Translations under genes and position numbers: made by a program
Part shown: piece after piece, positions 39,762-49,674 of the stretch
Layout of the letters: each line of letters opens with the position of its first letter
Position numbering within the stretch: the stretch's first letter is position 1
NCBI GenBank assembly: GCA_938075415.1
Contig: CALJHC010000026.1
Location: 180,039-244,038, forward strand
DNA length: 64,000 bases
From: an uncultured Rubripirellula sp.
Lineage (GTDB): Bacteria > Planctomycetota > Planctomycetia > Pirellulales > Pirellulaceae
Direction: 5' to 3'
Notes under the pieces: model-generated
Seen by the model: only the letters and a program-made list of their open reading frames with translations
Database searches by the model: none
Told to the model about the DNA's origin: nothing

Positions 39762-40826
39762 TCATTGATCTGAGTAACGAACGGTTCCGCAGCCGCTGAC
39801 AATCTTTCCGATGGGTTGGCACGAGAATCCCGATTTTGTGATTTGGCTGGCGATGCTATCTGCGTAAAAGTCGCTGGCGATGACGGCGAGCCCGATTCCC
39901 ATGTTGAAAACTCTTCGCATTTCCGAATCGGCAACACTGCCGGTTGCCTGCAACCATTGGAAGATTGGCGGGGCGTTCCAGGCCTCAACATCGATCAATG
40001 CGTCGACATTTTTGGGAAGAATTCGATCAATGTTTTCCTCAAGGCCGCCCCCGGTGATGTGGGCAAGTCCATGGATCACTTGCTTGACTTGGTAGTGAGA
40101 CTGCACCGCGCGAATGGCTTTGGTGTAGATTGCGGTGGGTTGCAAGCATGCATCAGCGAGCGTTTTTCCCTGCAGTGCTTCTGGTGCAGATTCCCAGTTC
40201 AATCCAGCATCGCGAATGATCTTTCGAACCAATGAAAAGCCATTACTATGAAGTCCACTGGCGCCGATACCCAACACCACATCGCCTTCACCAATTAAGC
40301 TGCCGTTGATTAGTTTCTTGCGTTCAACAACACCGACAGCGAAACCGGCCAGATCGTAATCCTCATCGCCATACATGTCAGGCATGATGGCGGTTTCGCC
40401 GCCCAGCAGAGCGGTGTCAGCGAGAACGCATCCATCACTGATTCCTTGAACGATTTTTTCAAGCCGGGATGGGTCGTCTTTACCCATGGCAACGTAATCA
40501 AGAAAGAAGAGTGGTTCTGCGCCAGTGCAAAGCAGGTCATTGACACACATTGCCACCAGATCAATCCCGACCGTCTGATGCTGGCCAGTCTGCTGAGCGA
40601 TTTTCAGTTTGGTACCGACGCCGTCAGTTCCGCTGACCAAGACGGGGTCGATGTAATTTCGAGCGAAGAGTTTTCCGTCGAAATCAAGTCGGAATAATCC
40701 CGCGAATCCACCGTCGCTTGGAATCACGCGTGGGCTGAATGTCCGATGCATCAGGCGAGGCAGTCGGCTCATCGATTCGGCATAGACATCGAGGTCGACG
40801 CCTGCATCTTTGTACGTGGCGGCCAT
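39762..40826 (-). CDS. purM: Phosphoribosylformylglycinamidine cyclo-ligase (AIR synthetase)
   Basis: 354 aa with PurM signatures [40 protein letters not shown]. Typical length. Confidence 0.9.
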   Translation of the reverse strand: MAATYKDAGVDLDVYAESMSRLPRLMHRTFSPRVIPSDGGFAGLFRLDFDGKLFARNYIDPVLVSGTDGVGTKLKIAQQTGQHQTVGIDLVAMCVNDLLCTGAEPLFFLDYVAMGKDDPSRLEKIVQGISDGCVLADTALLGGETAIMPDMYGDEDYDLAGFAVGVVERKKLINGSLIGEGDVVLGIGASGLHSNGFSLVRKIIRDAGLNWESAPEALQGKTLADACLQPTAIYTKAIRAVQSHYQVKQVIHGLAHITGGGLEENIDRILPKNVDALIDVEAWNAPPIFQWLQATGSVADSEMRRVFNMGIGLAVIASDFYADSIASQITKSGFSCQPIGKIVSGCGTVRYSDQ

Positions 40827-41091
40827 CTTCTGGGTGATTTCGTCTGTCCTGGAGATTCGTCAATTGGGGCACCGGGCGATTCCGGTAACGTTTCGCACTT
40901 TGCCTTTTGGGGGTGGTTGACCCCATTTGTTCGAAACGAGTTCTACATCATGACGTGATGTGGCCCGCTGTCATAGCCGACCAAGGGTGGATGAGCCGCC
41001 ATGAGGGCGGATTTTGGCTAAACTTTGATGGCTCCAGCGATTTTACGAACCTTCATTTCCTTCACGCATCCCCCGCAGCAGGCCCTTCTTC

Positions 41092-41991
41092 ATGTTACCG
41101 AACAAGATCCTTGGTAAAACCGGTCTGCGAGTCACACAGCTTGGATACGGAAGCATGGGGCTGCGAGGACCGAAAACGTGGGGAGTCAGGGTGGTTGATG
41201 AGTCGCAGGCTGATCGGATGCTGAATCTTGTTTTGGATTCGGGTATCAATTTCATCGACACGTCACCAGATTACGGAATTTGCGAGCAGAGAATCGGGCG
41301 TTACCTTTCACATCGTCGCGATGAATTCATTTTGGCCACGAAATGCGGCTGCGTGTACACTCAGCATGAGAACCACTTGGAGATCGAGCATCATTGGGAC
41401 CCAGATGTGATTGAGGGCAACTTGAAGGCCAGTCTTGGGCGAATGAAGACGGATCACCTGGACCTGCTTCAATTTCACGGTGGTGATGCCGAGACACTGG
41501 TTAATGCTGGACTCATTGACCTGCTGAAAAGGTTTCAGGAAAAAGGGCTGATCCGTTTTCTGGGGGTGTCGAGTAAGCTTCCCAATCTTCGCGGGCTTAT
41601 TCAGTTGGGAGTATTTGACACGTTTCAGATTCCTTATTCTTGCTTGCAACCTGAGCATCATGAAATGATTGAATTAGCTGGACAGGGCGGTTCGGGGGTG
41701 ATCGTGCGAGGGGGCATCGCTCATGGAGGTCCCGAGGCCGTGATTCAAAGGCCGGTGCTGAACGACGTTTGGCAGGAAGCAAAACTTGATGAATTGCTTG
41801 ATGAGGGGATGACACGAGCTGCGTTGATCTTGCGTTACACCCTTTCCCATCCTCACTGCCACACCAGCATCGTGGGAACCTGCGACGAAAAGCATCTCGC
41901 GGAAAATCTAGAAGCGGCAACGGCAGGTCCACTGCCTGAATTGCTTTACCAGGAGGTCACCAAACGAATTCATCGGACCATTCATCACTGA
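41092..41991 (+). CDS. Aldo/keto reductase family oxidoreductase
   Basis: 299 aa. N-terminal LGKTGLRVTQLGYGSMGL, IDTSPDYG and the (alpha/beta)8 AKR pattern. Confidence 0.8.
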   Translation: MLPNKILGKTGLRVTQLGYGSMGLRGPKTWGVRVVDESQADRMLNLVLDSGINFIDTSPDYGICEQRIGRYLSHRRDEFILATKCGCVYTQHENHLEIEHHWDPDVIEGNLKASLGRMKTDHLDLLQFHGGDAETLVNAGLIDLLKRFQEKGLIRFLGVSSKLPNLRGLIQLGVFDTFQIPYSCLQPEHHEMIELAGQGGSGVIVRGGIAHGGPEAVIQRPVLNDVWQEAKLDELLDEGMTRAALILRYTLSHPHCHTSIVGTCDEKHLAENLEAATAGPLPELLYQEVTKRIHRTIHH

Positions 41992-42051
41992 GGTTTCGCT
42001 TAAGAGAGCTGACCTCGACATCTTGGAGGTTAGTTTGATCTTGGAGGTTGT

Positions 42052-45000
42052 TTATTTGACTGGTGGAGGGTCCACGTCGTTTGCATCAACAGGTGGCGAG
42101 TCAAAGAGGTCAGGTGAGTTCGTCCGTCCTTTTTTGAAGGCCTGCTCGACTTGCGTGTAGTTTTGCATCATTGCTTCGAGCTGCGTTTGCAGCTTATCGA
42201 GGTCCCGACCGTTATCAAGTGATTCGGAAAGGATCGGACGCAGCCACTCTTGCATCAGGTGGAATTGTCCCTTCACCAAATCAGCCAGAACGCGAGGTAC
42301 TTTGTGTTGAACAAGCACCCGTTGTTGTGGAGGATCGGTGACTTGTTGCATCGCAATCTTTTCAAGTTCTTTTGATGTCTGGTGAAGCGATTCGGTCAGT
42401 TGCTCTGCGGATTGACTGACGCTCTGGCGGAGTTGTTCGACGCGATCATCCATTCGTTGTTCGGTGTCATGGGTGCCCGTCGCAATCGCTCGCGAAATGA
42501 CTTGCCGAATCGACTCGAGACCGTCTCGCATCGAAGCAAGTTGCCGCATGAATTGCCCCGCCTGATCTGAGCTGTCCATGCCAGCCATTCGCACGTTTTC
42601 GACGAAGGCGTACTTGATGGCATCCCAACGCTCTTTTTCGTCAGCTGTGATGATGCCCAGTAATTCTTTGAACTTGAGGACGTTTGCTTCGTTGTCAGTC
42701 GTCAGTGTTTGTGCATCTTGTTCGTAGGTGCTGATAATCAGCAATTGCAACTCGGACTCGTTCATCACGGACGCGACACGCTCCGCGATGCGATTCATAT
42801 TTCGATAACTTCCCTGCAGCTTGAAGGGAGGTTCGGTTCGATAGTGATCTGCTTGAGCAGCACTTTGGATGTAAGCTCGATTCACCTTGAGGACAACATC
42901 ACGAACCCGAAGCAATTTTCGCATCACTTCAAACATTTCGCGCACTTGGTCCATCGAAAAGCGTGATTGAAGTTCGAGGCCGTCCATCGAATCTCGTTCC
43001 GCCGCTTGGATCACGCTTCGAGCATCTGCGGGCGACGCTGTTGCAAGCGGCGCGAGACTAGCGTTGCTGGACAGGCAGTTTTCCAGATAGCTCATTTCGA
43101 ACGCTTCGGCAGAATCACCGATGATCTCACCCAAATTATAGACATCCGCTCGATTGGAGAGCATGTCAGGGACTTGGAATCGATCACCACTTTCCGTGTA
43201 GGGGTTTCCGGCCATCACCACCGCAACGCGGCGGCCTCGTAAGTCAAAGGTCCGGGTGCGTCCATTTCGCACGCCTTCGATCTTGCGGGTGGCATCACAT
43301 AGTGAAATGAACTTTTGAAGGAATTCAGGATTGGTGTGCTGAATGTCATCAACATAAAGCATCACGTTGTCACCCATTTCGAGTGCCAGGTTAAGGCGTT
43401 CCACCTCTTCCCTGGCTGCCGCGTTTGGAGCTTCATCCGGGTCAAGTGATGTGACCGAGTGCCCGAGTGCAGGGCCGTTGATTTTCATAAACACGATGCC
43501 AAGCCGGTTGGCCACGTATTCCATCAGGGTCGTTTTTCCGTAGCCGGGCGGTGAAATCAGTAGTAGTAGGCCCATGCGGTCCGTTCGCTTGTTATCACCC
43601 GATGCGCCCATCTGCTTCGCTAGGTTGTCTCCGATCAGCGGTAGGTAGACTTCATCCAAAAGCCGGTTTCGAACAAAGCTGGTCAGTACCCGAGGTTTGA
43701 ATTCATCAAGTCGCATGGAATGCCTTGCAGAATCCACGAGCTCAGATTTTGTTTGGTGAAGTTGTCTGAATCTAGGAACGTCCTGAGATCGATAAGAGCC
43801 GACTCGTTTCAGGATTTCGTGATAGTGCAGCGCCAGATCACCACGATTAATCACCGAGTGATTGCCCGCAAGGGAGGTTAGGGTTCTGGCAATTTCAACG
43901 TCAATCGGCTTGGAGTTGTTGGCACCACCACGGCAAACAAGCCAAGCCAGTTCGTCCCGGTAACCAGCAGCAAGATCAATTGATGGGCCGGAATGGTGAT
44001 TGTTGAGGAAAGCATCGATCCAGTTTCTGGCGAGGATAAATGCACGTTTGGGGTCCGCTTCCGCCTTCAGTACTTTTGTGAGCAGTTTCTCTCGTTCCGT
44101 TTCAGGCACTGAGCCAATGAATTCATTGTAAAGGTTGGCTGCCCGCTTGCTGACAACGAGTCGTTTGGTTGTCTGAGTCAGGTAGTCGAAAAGGTAATCC
44201 GCAATTGCGTTCTGGTTAATCTCCTTTTCAAACAGGGGTCGCCATTGATCGCCGTCATTGGCAGCGAGTTCCGTCAGCCGGCTGCGAAATTCAACTGCGG
44301 GTTTGGCGTTGGGATAAGCTTTGGCGAGTTTGGCGAAACCGCCGATCCAGTCCGTCATGACCTTGCGATTCTTGGCGTCAAGAATCGAATTGAACCAAAG
44401 GTTTCCGGCACTTCGCACCGAGGGTGGATGCTTTAGCATTCCAATGGAATGATGAATTTCCAGCAGGGTTGTTAATATCTTGAACGCGTCTTCGTCATGG
44501 ACACCCTTGGCATAGCCTTCCTCAAAACGACCACCCATTTGCTTTTGAACCCATCCGAGCGAGATCTCAGTGGAGGGTTGTTTCACCTCGGGACTGGTCA
44601 ATTGCTGGAAAAGTTCAACCGCAAGGTACTCACCGCGATAGACCGATGTGTTTTCGCTAACAAGTTCTTGAGTCCATAGATCGCGAGCGTCTGTGAGGTG
44701 CTGATTCTCGAGGGGTTCAAAAAACTGTGTCCCGGTGAGGTGCAGGCAGATTTCGCCCTCGCGAAGGACGGTGGTGAGGTCGAGCGCTTGGGTGTTGACC
44801 GCAAAACGATGCTTGCCAAGTCGAATTAGATCTCCGCCATCCTCATAAAGTTCTTGGCGATCTTTCAGTTGTCGAGTCGCATCCTCTCGAATGGTTTTCA
44901 CCCGACTTTGCAAGTCTTCAACTCGGACTGCATCCTCGAGTTGCTCGAGTTGCGCCATGATGTCTCTGACTTTTTCAACCATCAAGTCGCTGGCGAAGTA

Positions 45001-47355
45001 GGCTGCGATCTCGTCGGTCGTCTCCATTTTTCCGACGCGAGATTCGATCCCTTTGAGAATCCGGTTGGCGGCGGCGGTCAGTGATTCAGCGCGGCGATTG
45101 CGTTTTTCAATCAGGGCGACTTTTCGCGATTCAAACGCTGCGTAGACTTCTTCTCGACGTTGGGCAAGTTGGACAACGAAATCATCGAATTCCGCAAATC
45201 GTCCCTCAAGTTCCTCAATTTGAACCATGAGTTTGGTCAGGTAGTCATCGCAGCGTTGTGGTGAGTCGGATACATCGAGGTAGCCTGAGGTTGTCTGCTC
45301 AAGCAATTTTAATTGTGATGCAAATTCTGCCTGTCCTTCAACGCTGAGCAGTTCAGTGGTGCGAGCCTTCAGGGAACTTCGAACCCGATTCAATGACGCA
45401 AAGACGTCACCAATGGAATCAATGATGCCGGTTCGTTTGTTGGTGTCCTCAATTTTCAGATTACTAACCGTCTCAGTCAGTAACTCCAGATCTTGCCCAC
45501 TCTGTTCAATTGCTTTTTCAAGCTTTTTGGCTGCTGATACTGACTCGACCTCGGCAATGCTTTCAGAAATGGACTGAACCTTCTCTGAGTAAGGCTGCAA
45601 AGCAGTTGGATTCAGGAGAAACTCAACACATCGATGACTGAGACGATCAGAATGTTCGGCGGTTGACGTTTCTAGCGTCTCAATCAACTCCTCATCTGCG
45701 TATTTAAGTTCTCTGAGACCAATTGCGTGTCCACGCTGCTCTCGAAGTTGCGCGAGCGAGGAGACAAAATCACCGATAGCCTCGAAGCGACTTCGCTCTA
45801 TGGTTTTCAGAAGTTTACCAATGGTTTTCTGAACTTCATTGGTTCGCTGTTCGGTGTCACGCCGTAGACGAACCACTTTTTCGAATTCTTCAACCGCGGC
45901 GCTGGATGCGTCCCGAATACGGCTGAGAGGTTCAGAAAGCTTTTCGATTTCCTCTTTGTCAATCCAGAAGTAACTATCCAAAAGGTCACTGGTTTTACGC
46001 ACAAGATCGAGGTAAAGATCTTCGTAACTATCGTCCTTGTCGATAAGCTGAATGACTTCATTGCATTCCGCCATTCCGCCGACGATTTCTTTGTTGCCTA
46101 TCTTGAAGAGAAACGAGTCGGTTTGGTTATCGGAGACGTAATCAGAGCCGGTGAAAGGGGTTTGCCATATTTGAATAGCGTGATGCTTCTGAGGGTCATC
46201 TTGCCCCCGAAAACAGACCATTTCACCTCCCTCGAAAAACGTCTGTCCGTGGCAGACCAAGGGTGCGTCAACGGTTTGCCGGATTAGGTTGTAGCGAAGC
46301 TGGACATAGGTTCCCGATTCGGGGTTGTAGAACAGGTAGAGATAGTCCTCGCCGTTGGGTGAAGCGATGGTGCGTTGGTATCGCATGTCGCTCAGACCGT
46401 GTTCAAACCGTTTGAATTCGCCCGTTTGAAGGTAATATCCACCGGGGAAAATCAATCCATGATCGTTTGGCAGCATGACGCAAGCGTTCTCAATATCATC
46501 AAGACGCATTGCCTGCTGGATTTTTCCATTGAAAATCAAGTAACGGAAATCTGATTCCAGATAGGGTCGGATTTTCATCAGGACGAGATTGCCAACGATC
46601 GCATAATGGATCTCGGCATCGTCGAGTTGTTGGTCTGAGTTGTCGACCGACTCGGCATAGATCCCTTCGCCCGTTTCGGTATTGTTTTCAACCTTGATGG
46701 TGAGGTCACCGCCGACAGTTTCAACAAAGACTCGATCTTCGATCGAGATGTGTGGGTGTGCACCGTAATGGTGTTGATCACGGGTGGTCTTATTCCATCT
46801 GAATTCATGCTGAGCTGGATCGCGAACTTCATGTTCACTTCGGTTGTCGATGTATTCGATGGAATCGACGCCCATCCGCCATTTGAATGATTTGATGTCT
46901 TTGCTGGTTTTTCCAACTTGGAAAACCATGTGAAGCATCGGTCCGATACGAAAGAATCTTGAAAAGCGAGTGTTTTTGTAGAAGCGGTAAAGCTCGTTGA
47001 AGTCACTGGCAAATTGCTGATCACCGATTAGATCAAGCGGTAGATGGTGGAACTGACCTTCGTCGAAGCGATAGGTGGAAAAAACATCTGAGAGGTTGAT
47101 TTCGGTTTTCAGCCCAAATTGGACGTTGTACCCAAACAGGAATTGGTCACCGACAGAAACAATGTCACGCGGTACGCAGTTATGCTCGGTGTTGACTCGC
47201 TCGGTCGCGACCAGAGACGTATCGATGTTCCCGAAAACCTCAGCCCGGGATTCATTCAGTCGGCCGAGTCGGGCGCGCAGATCTTTCGCGGCCTCTCGCA
47301 ACCGATTGCGTAAGACTTCGTAGGTTCCAGCCGCGAGCGTTTTTGATTCCGTCAT
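42052..47355 (-). CDS. Giant (1767 aa) cytoplasmic coiled-coil protein with an AAA+ (AAA_5/MoxR/dynein-like) ATPase core; function unknown
   Basis: One uninterrupted ORF. Walker A LLLLISPPGYGKTTLMEYVANRLG (encoded around 43500-43560). Walker B NVMLYVDDIQH. Sensor-1-like VAVVMAGNP. Sensor-2/arginine region SNRADVYNL. Two long heptad-rich E/L/K/R segments lie either side of the ATPase. A beta-rich N-terminal region of about 450 aa. No signal peptide or TM. Confidence 0.8.
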   Translation of the reverse strand: MTESKTLAAGTYEVLRNRLREAAKDLRARLGRLNESRAEVFGNIDTSLVATERVNTEHNCVPRDIVSVGDQFLFGYNVQFGLKTEINLSDVFSTYRFDEGQFHHLPLDLIGDQQFASDFNELYRFYKNTRFSRFFRIGPMLHMVFQVGKTSKDIKSFKWRMGVDSIEYIDNRSEHEVRDPAQHEFRWNKTTRDQHHYGAHPHISIEDRVFVETVGGDLTIKVENNTETGEGIYAESVDNSDQQLDDAEIHYAIVGNLVLMKIRPYLESDFRYLIFNGKIQQAMRLDDIENACVMLPNDHGLIFPGGYYLQTGEFKRFEHGLSDMRYQRTIASPNGEDYLYLFYNPESGTYVQLRYNLIRQTVDAPLVCHGQTFFEGGEMVCFRGQDDPQKHHAIQIWQTPFTGSDYVSDNQTDSFLFKIGNKEIVGGMAECNEVIQLIDKDDSYEDLYLDLVRKTSDLLDSYFWIDKEEIEKLSEPLSRIRDASSAAVEEFEKVVRLRRDTEQRTNEVQKTIGKLLKTIERSRFEAIGDFVSSLAQLREQRGHAIGLRELKYADEELIETLETSTAEHSDRLSHRCVEFLLNPTALQPYSEKVQSISESIAEVESVSAAKKLEKAIEQSGQDLELLTETVSNLKIEDTNKRTGIIDSIGDVFASLNRVRSSLKARTTELLSVEGQAEFASQLKLLEQTTSGYLDVSDSPQRCDDYLTKLMVQIEELEGRFAEFDDFVVQLAQRREEVYAAFESRKVALIEKRNRRAESLTAAANRILKGIESRVGKMETTDEIAAYFASDLMVEKVRDIMAQLEQLEDAVRVEDLQSRVKTIREDATRQLKDRQELYEDGGDLIRLGKHRFAVNTQALDLTTVLREGEICLHLTGTQFFEPLENQHLTDARDLWTQELVSENTSVYRGEYLAVELFQQLTSPEVKQPSTEISLGWVQKQMGGRFEEGYAKGVHDEDAFKILTTLLEIHHSIGMLKHPPSVRSAGNLWFNSILDAKNRKVMTDWIGGFAKLAKAYPNAKPAVEFRSRLTELAANDGDQWRPLFEKEINQNAIADYLFDYLTQTTKRLVVSKRAANLYNEFIGSVPETEREKLLTKVLKAEADPKRAFILARNWIDAFLNNHHSGPSIDLAAGYRDELAWLVCRGGANNSKPIDVEIARTLTSLAGNHSVINRGDLALHYHEILKRVGSYRSQDVPRFRQLHQTKSELVDSARHSMRLDEFKPRVLTSFVRNRLLDEVYLPLIGDNLAKQMGASGDNKRTDRMGLLLLISPPGYGKTTLMEYVANRLGIVFMKINGPALGHSVTSLDPDEAPNAAAREEVERLNLALEMGDNVMLYVDDIQHTNPEFLQKFISLCDATRKIEGVRNGRTRTFDLRGRRVAVVMAGNPYTESGDRFQVPDMLSNRADVYNLGEIIGDSAEAFEMSYLENCLSSNASLAPLATASPADARSVIQAAERDSMDGLELQSRFSMDQVREMFEVMRKLLRVRDVVLKVNRAYIQSAAQADHYRTEPPFKLQGSYRNMNRIAERVASVMNESELQLLIISTYEQDAQTLTTDNEANVLKFKELLGIITADEKERWDAIKYAFVENVRMAGMDSSDQAGQFMRQLASMRDGLESIRQVISRAIATGTHDTEQRMDDRVEQLRQSVSQSAEQLTESLHQTSKELEKIAMQQVTDPPQQRVLVQHKVPRVLADLVKGQFHLMQEWLRPILSESLDNGRDLDKLQTQLEAMMQNYTQVEQAFKKGRTNSPDLFDSPPVDANDVDPPPVK

Positions 47356-47500
47356 GATGTCCGTTTGTTCGGCGGCAACCGCTTGAGAGCAGTTGAAGTC
47401 ATGCCACTACCATTGCTTCACTTGCCGTGGAAGCGATGGTTGTCTGAGCACCATGGCGTCCGACGGCAGAATCGTTAGCAATATTTCGAGTCAAGTCTTC

Positions 47501-47536
47501 GAAGTTCAAGTCGAAGTTCAACTTGAAATTCAGCCT
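47501..47536. repeat. 12-bp tandem direct repeat, 3 copies (GAAGTTCAAGTC / GAAGTTCAACTT / GAAATTCAGCCT)
   Basis: Read directly. It lies immediately 3' of the flotillin stop codon and about 145 bp upstream of the start of the giant ATPase gene. Contains a TTCGAA/TTCAAG-CTTGAA local palindrome. Confidence 0.75.
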
Positions 47537-49674
47537 CACTGGGTTGGCTTTGCTTTCGCTGCGGGCAGGCTTCCGCCTTGCGTCAGCAGTTTCCCTACCC
47601 TCTGGTCGGCAACGTTGGCGGTTCCCGCAATGCTCAGCAAGCTGGCAAGTTGACTACGGATCTCGTTGGTGTCAGCGAGTCCGAGTAGCTTCGCAATCAA
47701 CGCCGCGATGGAGAGGTCTTTCACTCCATCGGTATCAAGGTTGAACTGGGTGATGAGCTCATTGAGTTGGTCTTTGAAGTACTCAGCATTACCATCGAAG
47801 AACGTTTCTTTGATATCGGTAGCGACTTTACTGTTGTAAACAAATCGGTCGATGGCTTTACCGCCTTTGACAGCGGAGGTGATCTGGTCAAAGAATTCAC
47901 CGTCACCGCCAACGATATCGATGCGAGCCGCTTTGAGTGCATCCCCAACCACGCCAGCTTGGCTTTCTGCGATCCCTCGTTGGGCGTCAATTGCAGCGAT
48001 TTCAACTTCTTTTTCCTTGTCCAGCTGCAGCTTGAACTCTTCGTGATCTTTTCCAACGCCATCGAGTTTCTTCATGGCTTCTGCTTTCTCGGTGATACCA
48101 TCCGCTTCGCTTCGGTATTTCTCTCGAGAGACATTTGCTTCGGCCAAACCCTGTTTTTGGACGGCATCGGCTTTGGCTTCGATACCTTTCGCTTCGGCAA
48201 CGGCTTTTTTCTGCAGGACAGACGCCTCGGCGGTACCTTCTTTTTCAAGGCTGGTGGCTTTGGCTTCCTGCACGGTCGCTTCGGCTAGGCCTTCAGCGGC
48301 TGACTTTGCCGCATCAGCTTCGGCGAGCATTTTTGTTGCAGCCGTATCTTTTTCTGCGGCGTCGCGTCTGGCTTCCGCTTCGATGCGAATTTTTTCGGCC
48401 AGTAATTCGCTGGCATCTTTTTCAGCCTGGGCAAGCTTTGTCTGGCGAATCAGTTCTTCTTCGGCACGCATCTGGGCCGCGGTGACCTGCACCTTCTTGA
48501 GACGATCGGCAGCAGCAATTTCTTCGGTGTCTTTGATCCGCTCCTGTTCTTCAACCACGGCGCGTTCAACAGCAACTCTCTCGCGAATCACTTCCTGAAT
48601 GTTTCGCTTTTCAACTTCGATCGCTTTTTCTTTCTCGACATCAGCGACACCGACGACACGCAGCCGTTCCGTCATCTCAAGATCCCGATCTCGCTCAACT
48701 CGTTGGACTTCGACGGCATCGGTTTTTTCCTTGTTACGCATCGCGACAAGGACTTGGCGTGATTTGTTTTCCTCAGCAACACCGAGTTCTTCCTCGGTGA
48801 CGATTCTTGCTCTTTCGGATTCCAGTCGTTGCTCTTCCTCGACCTTCTTCGCGGCAGCCCGCTCGCGGGCCGAAATCTCGGTGATTTCGCGTTGCTGCTT
48901 TTCTACCGCTTCTACCCGTTGCCGTTCCAACGCGAGGATGGTTTCCTCCGCTTCGACATCCTGTTTTTTGAGTGTCTTCTCTTTATCACGCGTGAATTGG
49001 TTCTCTTTTACCTTTTCCGTCGCGGTTAACTCAGTGATTTTCTTGATTCCTTCCGCGTCCAGGATGTTCGAGGGACTCAGCATCTCAAGTGGGGTTTGCT
49101 CGAGGTAGTCGATCGCGGCATCGTCAAGCCGATAACCATTGAGATCCGTACCGATGACTTTTAGTATTTCTACTTTGAATTTGTCTCGTTGGTCATAAAG
49201 ATCAACAAAGTCAAATTGCTTACCAACGGTTTTCAACGCTTCGCTAAATTTTGCATCAAAAAGTTCTCTGAGTGTTTCAATTTCGCTACAGCGTCTTGCT
49301 CCGATCGACTGCGCAACCTCTTTCATCTCTTCCTGCGTGTTATCAACGCGGATGAAAAAGGCCACTTTGATGTCGGCTCGAATATTGTCTCGACAGATGA
49401 GACCTTCACTTCCCTGTCGGCTGATTTCAAAGCTCTTCAGCGTCAGGTCCATGAATTCATATCGATGGAAGAGAGGTACAATGAATTTGCCCCCTGCGGT
49501 GGTCACGTCCAGACCACCTAAACCTGATTTCACAATCGCGCGATCAGGTCCAACCACGATGAAGTATTTTCGGAAGGTTAGTAAGGCTGAAAAAACGGCG
49601 AAAGCGATCAGGTAGATCACAATCATCCATCCGCTAGTCCAGTCAAATGCTGCGAGGGGAATCGAGAGGGTCAC
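47536..49674 (-). CDS. Flotillin family (SPFH/band-7 domain) membrane protein with an unusually long E/A/K/R coiled-coil region
   Basis: 712 aa. N-terminal TM helix (GWMIVIYLIAFAVFSALLTF). SPFH domain (VVGPDRAIVKSGLGG..., YqiK/FloT-like). About 330 aa of EA-repeat coiled coil. Flotillin-type C-terminal domain. + strand Ser/Ala-rich ORFs inside are antisense artefacts. Confidence 0.85.
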   Translation of the reverse strand: MTLSIPLAAFDWTSGWMIVIYLIAFAVFSALLTFRKYFIVVGPDRAIVKSGLGGLDVTTAGGKFIVPLFHRYEFMDLTLKSFEISRQGSEGLICRDNIRADIKVAFFIRVDNTQEEMKEVAQSIGARRCSEIETLRELFDAKFSEALKTVGKQFDFVDLYDQRDKFKVEILKVIGTDLNGYRLDDAAIDYLEQTPLEMLSPSNILDAEGIKKITELTATEKVKENQFTRDKEKTLKKQDVEAEETILALERQRVEAVEKQQREITEISARERAAAKKVEEEQRLESERARIVTEEELGVAEENKSRQVLVAMRNKEKTDAVEVQRVERDRDLEMTERLRVVGVADVEKEKAIEVEKRNIQEVIRERVAVERAVVEEQERIKDTEEIAAADRLKKVQVTAAQMRAEEELIRQTKLAQAEKDASELLAEKIRIEAEARRDAAEKDTAATKMLAEADAAKSAAEGLAEATVQEAKATSLEKEGTAEASVLQKKAVAEAKGIEAKADAVQKQGLAEANVSREKYRSEADGITEKAEAMKKLDGVGKDHEEFKLQLDKEKEVEIAAIDAQRGIAESQAGVVGDALKAARIDIVGGDGEFFDQITSAVKGGKAIDRFVYNSKVATDIKETFFDGNAEYFKDQLNELITQFNLDTDGVKDLSIAALIAKLLGLADTNEIRSQLASLLSIAGTANVADQRVGKLLTQGGSLPAAKAKPTQ

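Noticed and set aside
42019-42056. The atcttggaggtt x2 repeat between convergent AKR and giant-ATPase genes as a bidirectional terminator
   Set aside because: There is only a 4-bp CCTC/GAGG stem and no U-run. It is more likely a small duplication; I list it only in the repeat census.
47767-49108. Ser/Ala/Phe-rich + strand ORFs (48074-48598, 48599-49108 and others) inside the flotillin gene
   Set aside because: Antisense artefacts of the E/A/K-rich coiled-coil coding region (GAA/GCN repeats read in reverse give Ser/Ala/Phe runs). The flotillin frame has clear SPFH and TM signatures.
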